This document shows, piece after piece, positions 58,301 to 64,000 of a DNA stretch of 64,000 nt; positions within the stretch are counted from its first letter, which is position 1, and every line of letters begins with the position of its first letter. A program made the position numbers and the translations under genes. The DNA is from Chrysomallon squamiferum (lineage: Eukaryota; Animalia; Mollusca): positions 33,356,001-33,420,000 of the forward strand of contig CM022665.1 of the NCBI GenBank assembly GCA_012295275.1, in the 5' to 3' direction. The notes below the pieces were generated by a model, which saw only the letters and a program-made list of their open reading frames with translations, did not search any database and was not told the origin of the DNA.

Positions 58301-61300
58301 AGCCAAATACTTTGTCCTATTAATGAGAAAGCATCACATAATAAAGGACAATCAACAGGTGAAACAACAACTACATGCTACAGAAAATGATCTTGAGGTG
58401 GCTCAAGAGACAGTTCAGTCACTACAGAAGTCAGAAATTGAAACAAGAAAAGATAGCAAAACCTTCAATTCATGTATAAGACAGGCAATTTACTTTCTGA
58501 AGGACCTTGGTTTGTAAGAAAGCAATGGAAGTAACGTACTATGGTTTGCTGTGGAAACAGTCACAGGAACAAAGCTAGGAGACCTGCCAAGTTACACCAC
58601 AGTTAACCAAATGGGCAGTGAAATGGTCACGGGAACGGCAGCAAATAAAAGAAGCACTACATGAAGTCCAAGATGTCAACCTTAGATACAGTGGTACCAC
58701 AAAACATGGTAAACATCTCACTGAAGTAGAAATTGGCACTAAGGACTTTACATTTCTTGTTGGCATGAGGCAACAAAGTGGTGGCTGTGCTTTTGATTAT
58801 GTAGAAGGCATTTTGGATGTAACTCAAAGTATTTCAGAAACACAGATTCCATCCACTGATGAAGTCCGAACTTGCATTTTATTACCTCAGAGAAATAGTA
58901 CAGTTTTATACAACTATTCACTGGCCATCAAATGATTTACAAAGCGCTGTTTTAAATGGACTAAAGGGAGGATACTGGTTGTTAACTGTGCGGACTTGGG
59001 GACTTATTGGGAAATATGTAACTGGGCCATGGATGTCCTTGAATGGCAAGAACCAGAACATTCTTGCATTAAACACTTACTTCAGTCAGACTAGAACAAA
59101 ATTGGTATAGTTTATTGTTGATCCAACAACACTTCTTACAGGTAAGGCAGAATCCATATTTGATGGTATCCCTGTGAAGAAAGACCAAGTTTTTGAGGCA
59201 CTGATCAGCACACCAAATGCTCCAAAATATGCAGATATGTTTATTTTATCAATCAATAATGTGCACTGAAAATAATATTGACGTAACAGAAGACAACTTG
59301 AGGACCAACTCAATGGTGGTGAACCAAGTGAAAAGGTAAGTAAGATAGGTTCCAACTGCCTTTCTCACAACATCACAGAAGAGCAGAGGTTTGGTATGGC
59401 TGATGCATAGATTCATCATGCACTGACTGCAATTCTTCCCAAGGTGGAATCCCAGGGATATGTTCAAGTCAAACAGAACAAGATCATGGCTCCATTCTTT
59501 GACTGAAGAAAAGAGAGAACAACATGTGGGACTTGCACTGACATGGGCAAAAGCAATAGCAAAGGAAGATATGGTGCATCAACATTTGATACAGGAGAAA
59601 CTGTAAGAAAAGTTAAAAACTTCATGACAAAAGTTGGGGAATGTGAAGAAAGAAACTGAAAGATGAATGAAAAGATGTTTGAGGACATACTTGATATTGG
59701 TGGGTTGTGAGGAAGTAGTTAGGCCATTCAAGACCAGATGAGCTCTCTAAAATCTAATGCTAAGAAAGTAAATGCGCTGAAACTACAAATACATAAACTC
59801 CTCAGAAACAGTGGTGTGCCAAGGGTGCCATATTTCAAGGCAGGTAAGTCCGAACTTGAAGAATGATAGACTGTCCAATTTTAGACAAGCAGTCCAAATG
59901 TCTTCTGTGAGTTCTTATGAACCCTAATGTTCTCAGTGGACAATAATTTATTCAGAAGTGGAAGAATTTTTATGACATACAAGAGGATTATTGTGGAGGG
60001 TGGTTAAATCAATGGTGGATGGAAAGAAGAAATGCGCTGAATTTCAACTTCTGTGTGATCATGACAAAGACGAGACAGGTGATAAGACATTCTATCTTCA
60101 AACTGACAAAATTCTGATGGATATGTACACTGGTGATATGTCAATTCAGTGGAATTAAGTTTTTATGGATGTGCTTTTAATTTTCTTTTACCTTTTCATT
60201 GCAGTAGTTTTACAACTGAAGTTGCCAGAGAAACGGACCAAAAAAATGTACCTTCAAAAAATTATTAAATTTAAATAATACAAAATTTACCACAGCAATA
60301 ACAAAAAAAATGTGTTATTCAAGTTTTTCTTAATTAGGTTGAACCAATTAGGTTGTTTCTTGCCCAAAATACTTTCATTTCAACAGTTTTCTCAATATTT
60401 TAAGGAAAAATGTCATCTTCAAGACAAAATTACACATTTTCTAAATTTTAGGAATGGTTACTATGGTAACAGTATAATAACTTTGGTTACTAATTGGAGG
60501 AATTTGATTGGATTCCTTGAAAAAATTTACCTTAATAAGCCAAGTCTGAACTGTTTCTGATGAAAAATAATAATAATATCAAAGTTTTCCCAGTTAATAC
60601 TGATCAATGAATAGGCACTGAAACAATGGACCAAAATTGACACACGATGTACATAAATCATTGTAACTCTGGTTCTAGATAAGATACTGTAATAATTTAA
60701 GCACCATTATCCTCAGTATACCTTATTTGTTCTAACTAACCCACTTCCAGTTCCAAATGTGAAATATGGAATTTTATGAATGTTCCTAAATTAATATAGA
60801 ATAGGATTAGGCATGATTAATGATCTTGTGGGTTGCATGTTTCACATCAGTTTGAACAGACTACAGAAATATATCCAAATACATCCTTTGATGCTAATAG
60901 TAATAATAAAATGTTTGATTATTAATCCAATACACACACATATACACAATGCAACACTTACTCTTACTGACATTTGATCATAACTGCAGAAACTGAAGAA
61001 GATTAAAAGATTTTCAACTGTTAATACCTGTAGAAATGTATATTAACATTAAATGATTAGTTGTAATAAAAAAAACTGATATTTCAGTTATTTTGTTATA
61101 ATTTAAAGCAGAACATAGCTCATGACACTAATAAAAAAACCAGTAATACTTTATTTATACAAGATTATACTGACGTATTTTAATATCATTTTAAACAGCA
61201 TCAAGTTGCACATAAATTGTTGGGCTATTCTGACCATGCAGAAAGTGAATTAGGATGATTTTGCCAGTGTTAAGTCACCTCTGCAAGACTGACATAATAC

Positions 61301-62455
61301 TCCTTACTTAGATTAGAAGTTTCTACAGCATGGACCAACAGGAACGATAACTTGTAATGGCACAAATTACGTCACCAGAAAAAATGCCTCCAGAATTTCA
61401 CAGATTTAATGGGTGCAAATTATACCTGAATGTTCTTTTCTGTTGGCTTCTGACACGGGGATCATTGCCAATTTAAAAAGTTAATACATTAATCTTATAC
61501 CGAATTATAATTTTAGTTTATTATGCACCCATTTGCCCAAAAAATAAACCAATCTGAAAAGTTTGATTAAGTTGAAAAAGTAGTTACGAAAGGTGTAGGA
61601 CATCATTATTTGGTAATATGAACAACCATTCTTATCTTTATTAGTGTAAATCACAAAAAGTTGGAAACTAGATGTAAATTATTTGAACTTGGAAGTTTAG
61701 ATACTTCCGTGAGCTCACGGAAATTTCCGTACCCCTTTCGATCTTTTTTTTTTTCTTTTTTTTTCCCCCAGATATTATTATGACGTTGCCAGACAAAAAA
61801 AAAAAAAATAATAATAATAATATATATATATAATAATAATAAATAATTTTCACAGACACTGGTCGGTGAATATGAAGATGACTATTCTCATTAAGTACCA
61901 TGATGTGGAAACCTTACTCTGCTAAAACACCAAAGCATACAGTTCTCAGTATGTAGTTGTAAAACGATACTTGAAATCATTATACTCCTTCTTTTTTTAA
62001 TATTATTTATTTCCATTTTCAATGCATTAGAGGTGGTATTTACATGTAAAAAGCAAATTGATCACGTGTTATTTGAATAATTGCCTTGATACGTTAGTTA
62101 TAATGCTTGATTTTACAACAGAAAATTGAAAACAAACAAAAAACAACAACAAAAAAAAAAAAAAAAGAGTAAAAGCTCATCAACCGGCCGTATAAAAAAA
62201 ATTAGTTAAAAATTAATTTTTCACTCTTTTTCGTTAAAACAAAAAACATTCAATTTCTAATGCGTGTATTATTATGCATGCAAACAATGAGTTTCCTATT
62301 TTTATTTTTAAAAAAGTCATTGGTCCATGCTAGTTACTACTAATACTAGCGTACCTGGATTCCAGGTGTCATTGTCAAAGTTTCGTGGTCCTTGCAGTCA
62401 CTGAATCAGTAATCATAAAAAATTATCTCAACTCACCACTATTTGATCTATCCAT
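48138..62455 (-). CDS. MED6: Mediator of RNA polymerase II transcription subunit 6
   Basis: Exons 62455-62437 (MDRSNS, tentative), 55067-54914, 52739-52648, 51085-51003, 50008-49969, 49697-49629, 48750-48610 and 48247-48138 give 708 nt (235 aa). Motifs [58 protein letters not shown] and [13 protein letters not shown]. Confidence 0.96.
51378..51689. mobile_element. Tc1/mariner (pogo/Tigger-type) MITE
   Basis: TIR (T/C)AGGTACCGGA(C/A)CAATTAT at both ends, each flanked by TA. Confidence 0.78.
53756..54842. mobile_element. Sola2-like non-autonomous element (copy 2)
   Basis: Same termini as 26560-27776, with 4-bp TSD ATTT. Internal transposase remnant [51 protein letters not shown]. The left arm is only ~285 bp. 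Confidence 0.88.
55780..56420 (+). mobile_element. Highly decayed hAT-related transposase fragment
   Basis: [32 protein letters not shown] resembles the ..[13 protein letters not shown] segment of the neighbouring relic. Many stops; boundaries vague. Confidence 0.5.
57708..60158 (+). mobile_element. Decayed large DNA-transposon transposase (hAT-related, subgroup uncertain)
   Basis: About 2.4 kb of intronless frameshifted coding-like sequence: coiled coil, [57 protein letters not shown] and [23 protein letters not shown]. Confidence 0.7.
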
Positions 62456-62503
62456 CTGGATAAAGCGTTAAATAAAAGTTCCACGACGGTTCAGCGAGTA
62501 AAA

Positions 62504-62550
62504 CGGAAGTTAAATTAGACAGAACTTCAACACTTTGAGTAGGCCGCCAT
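62504..62550 (-). promoter_or_regulatory. Putative MED6 core promoter motifs (ETS CGGAAGT, YY1-like GCCGCCAT)
   Basis: The motifs lie 50-95 bp upstream of the proposed MED6 ATG, in a locally CpG-richer stretch. Confidence 0.42.
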
Positions 62551-62615
62551 GACGGTCCAGTTAATTACCAAAAACAACCAACAGAAACTGACAAGCAACA
62601 ACAGAAGCAGAAATA

Positions 62616-63322
62616 CAGTGGTACCTCGACTTACGTGTGCCCCAACTTACGAGTTTTTCGAGTTACGAGCAGTCGCCAGACTGAGTTTTTGCTTTGAGTT
62701 GCGAGCCAGAATCCGAGTTCCGAGCGAGCTTCAGACATGCCTCCGCTATTTGGCGCAACGAACAACATAACATCCGGCCAGCATCCTGCGTCTCACTCGT
62801 TTACTTCACGTGGATACCTCGCCGCGGAAGCATCTCTGTTGTGTTGTGCTCGCGTTTTGGATCATAAGAAAGTCAGTGCAAAGGACAGTGCAGAGAAGAA
62901 GGAACGGATGATGTCCGTTGAATTAAAGCTTGAATTCATAGAAAAACATGAGCGAGGTGCGTAGTACTTCTACGATATGTACCATATTGAAGCTCAAGGA
63001 GTCGATAAGGCTATAACTCCAGCCAAAGGCATTAAAATAATTTTTCTGATCTCCAAGATAAATACATTTACAAAACCAGTTTATTTCTTTACATTCTCTT
63101 TTATTTTGTTTTTATACAATATTTGACATTTATAAATACATTTTTATTATTTGAAAAATAAATAAATAGAAGTTACAAAAAATGGCATGGTTTTTGGGGT
63201 GCTTGAATGGATTAATGGTATTTCAGTTAATTTCAGTTGGGAAAATTGATTTGATATACGATCAAATTGAAATACAAGCTCAGTCATGGAACGAATTAAA
63301 CTCGTAAGTCAAGGTACCACTG
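62616..63322 (+). mobile_element. Tigger/pogo non-autonomous element
   Basis: TIR CAGTGGTACCT(C/T)GACTTACG with TA TSDs. Retains a CENP-B/HTH N-terminal remnant KKVSAKDSAEKKERMMSVELKLEFIEKHERG. Confidence 0.92.
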
Positions 63323-64000
63323 TACCTGTATAAGTTGTAGAATAACCATAAGAAGTTAAAATAAATTAGGAGATTGCTTTTACAAAGTTGTGTATGAATT
63401 ATTGTGTAGTTTCACCAAAAATATCATAGCAAAGTGTAAAATCTCAATACGGGGTAGACCTGATCTGCAGTCCCAACCCCCCAAAATTATTGAGATCAAT
63501 TATATATATATAATTCCATTATTCACATTATTCAAGTTTTCATAAACTGAAAAACCCCACTGCAGTGGTTATTACTTAGTATTTTTAGGCTTGAGCTAGT
63601 TTCAAAGGAGTCACAGGATAAATTGCATTTGGATTCAGCACACAACATGATAAATGGAGATCACTAATATGTTACACTTCTTTCCTTATTAATTGTATGG
63701 TATCTATCAGATTATAATGTGAAAGAGTCTCGAAATAAAAACTACTATTCAGTTTATTCAGCTTATGTCTAGGGCTTTGGGAAACGATAAAGATGGCTAC
63801 ATGTTACTACAGATGTAGTTCTAAATGTTGTTTTTAGAAGATCAGCACTGAGAACTAGACTTATTTCGGTTACACGAAACCTTTATCGTTAAACTCATAT
63901 ACCCTGGCGTGTGGTTTATGTTGAAGTTGCCAGTAAAAGAAAGAACAAAAAAATGTTGGTTTGATAATCAAAATTTTTATATGTACTTTTTATATTAGCA

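Noticed and set aside
62355-62400. Extra MED6 exon just after exon 1
   Set aside because: It would need a 36-nt intron and would break the frame.

Overview
AT-rich, intron- and microsatellite-rich animal genomic DNA. It is probably a mollusc or other lophotrochozoan; this is inferred from the receptor and transposon types and is not proven. I assembled four spliced protein-coding genes by hand from splice sites and reading-frame phase. (1) The 5' part (~427 aa, running off the left edge) of an ionotropic glutamate receptor/IR-family gene on the minus strand, with a 10-kb first intron. (2) An uncharacterised ~1010-aa ARM/HEAT-like repeat gene on the minus strand. (3) PCNP on the plus strand, head-to-head with gene 2. 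(4) MED6 on the minus strand, tail-to-tail with PCNP. The introns hold many DNA-transposon relics: hAT MITEs, a decayed MULE, an ISRm11-type relic, two Sola2-like long-TIR elements, a Sola1-like MITE, pogo/Tigger derivatives and hAT-related transposase pseudogenes. I see no prokaryotic system or CRISPR array and cannot claim a clearly new system. The best leads are possible turnover of alternative signal-peptide first exons in the receptor gene, a Sola2 copy whose inner inverted repeat looks recently homogenised and carries a perfect AGGTCA DR5, and the unannotated ARM gene with a probable GC-AG intron. Coordinates were counted by eye and may be off by a few bases.
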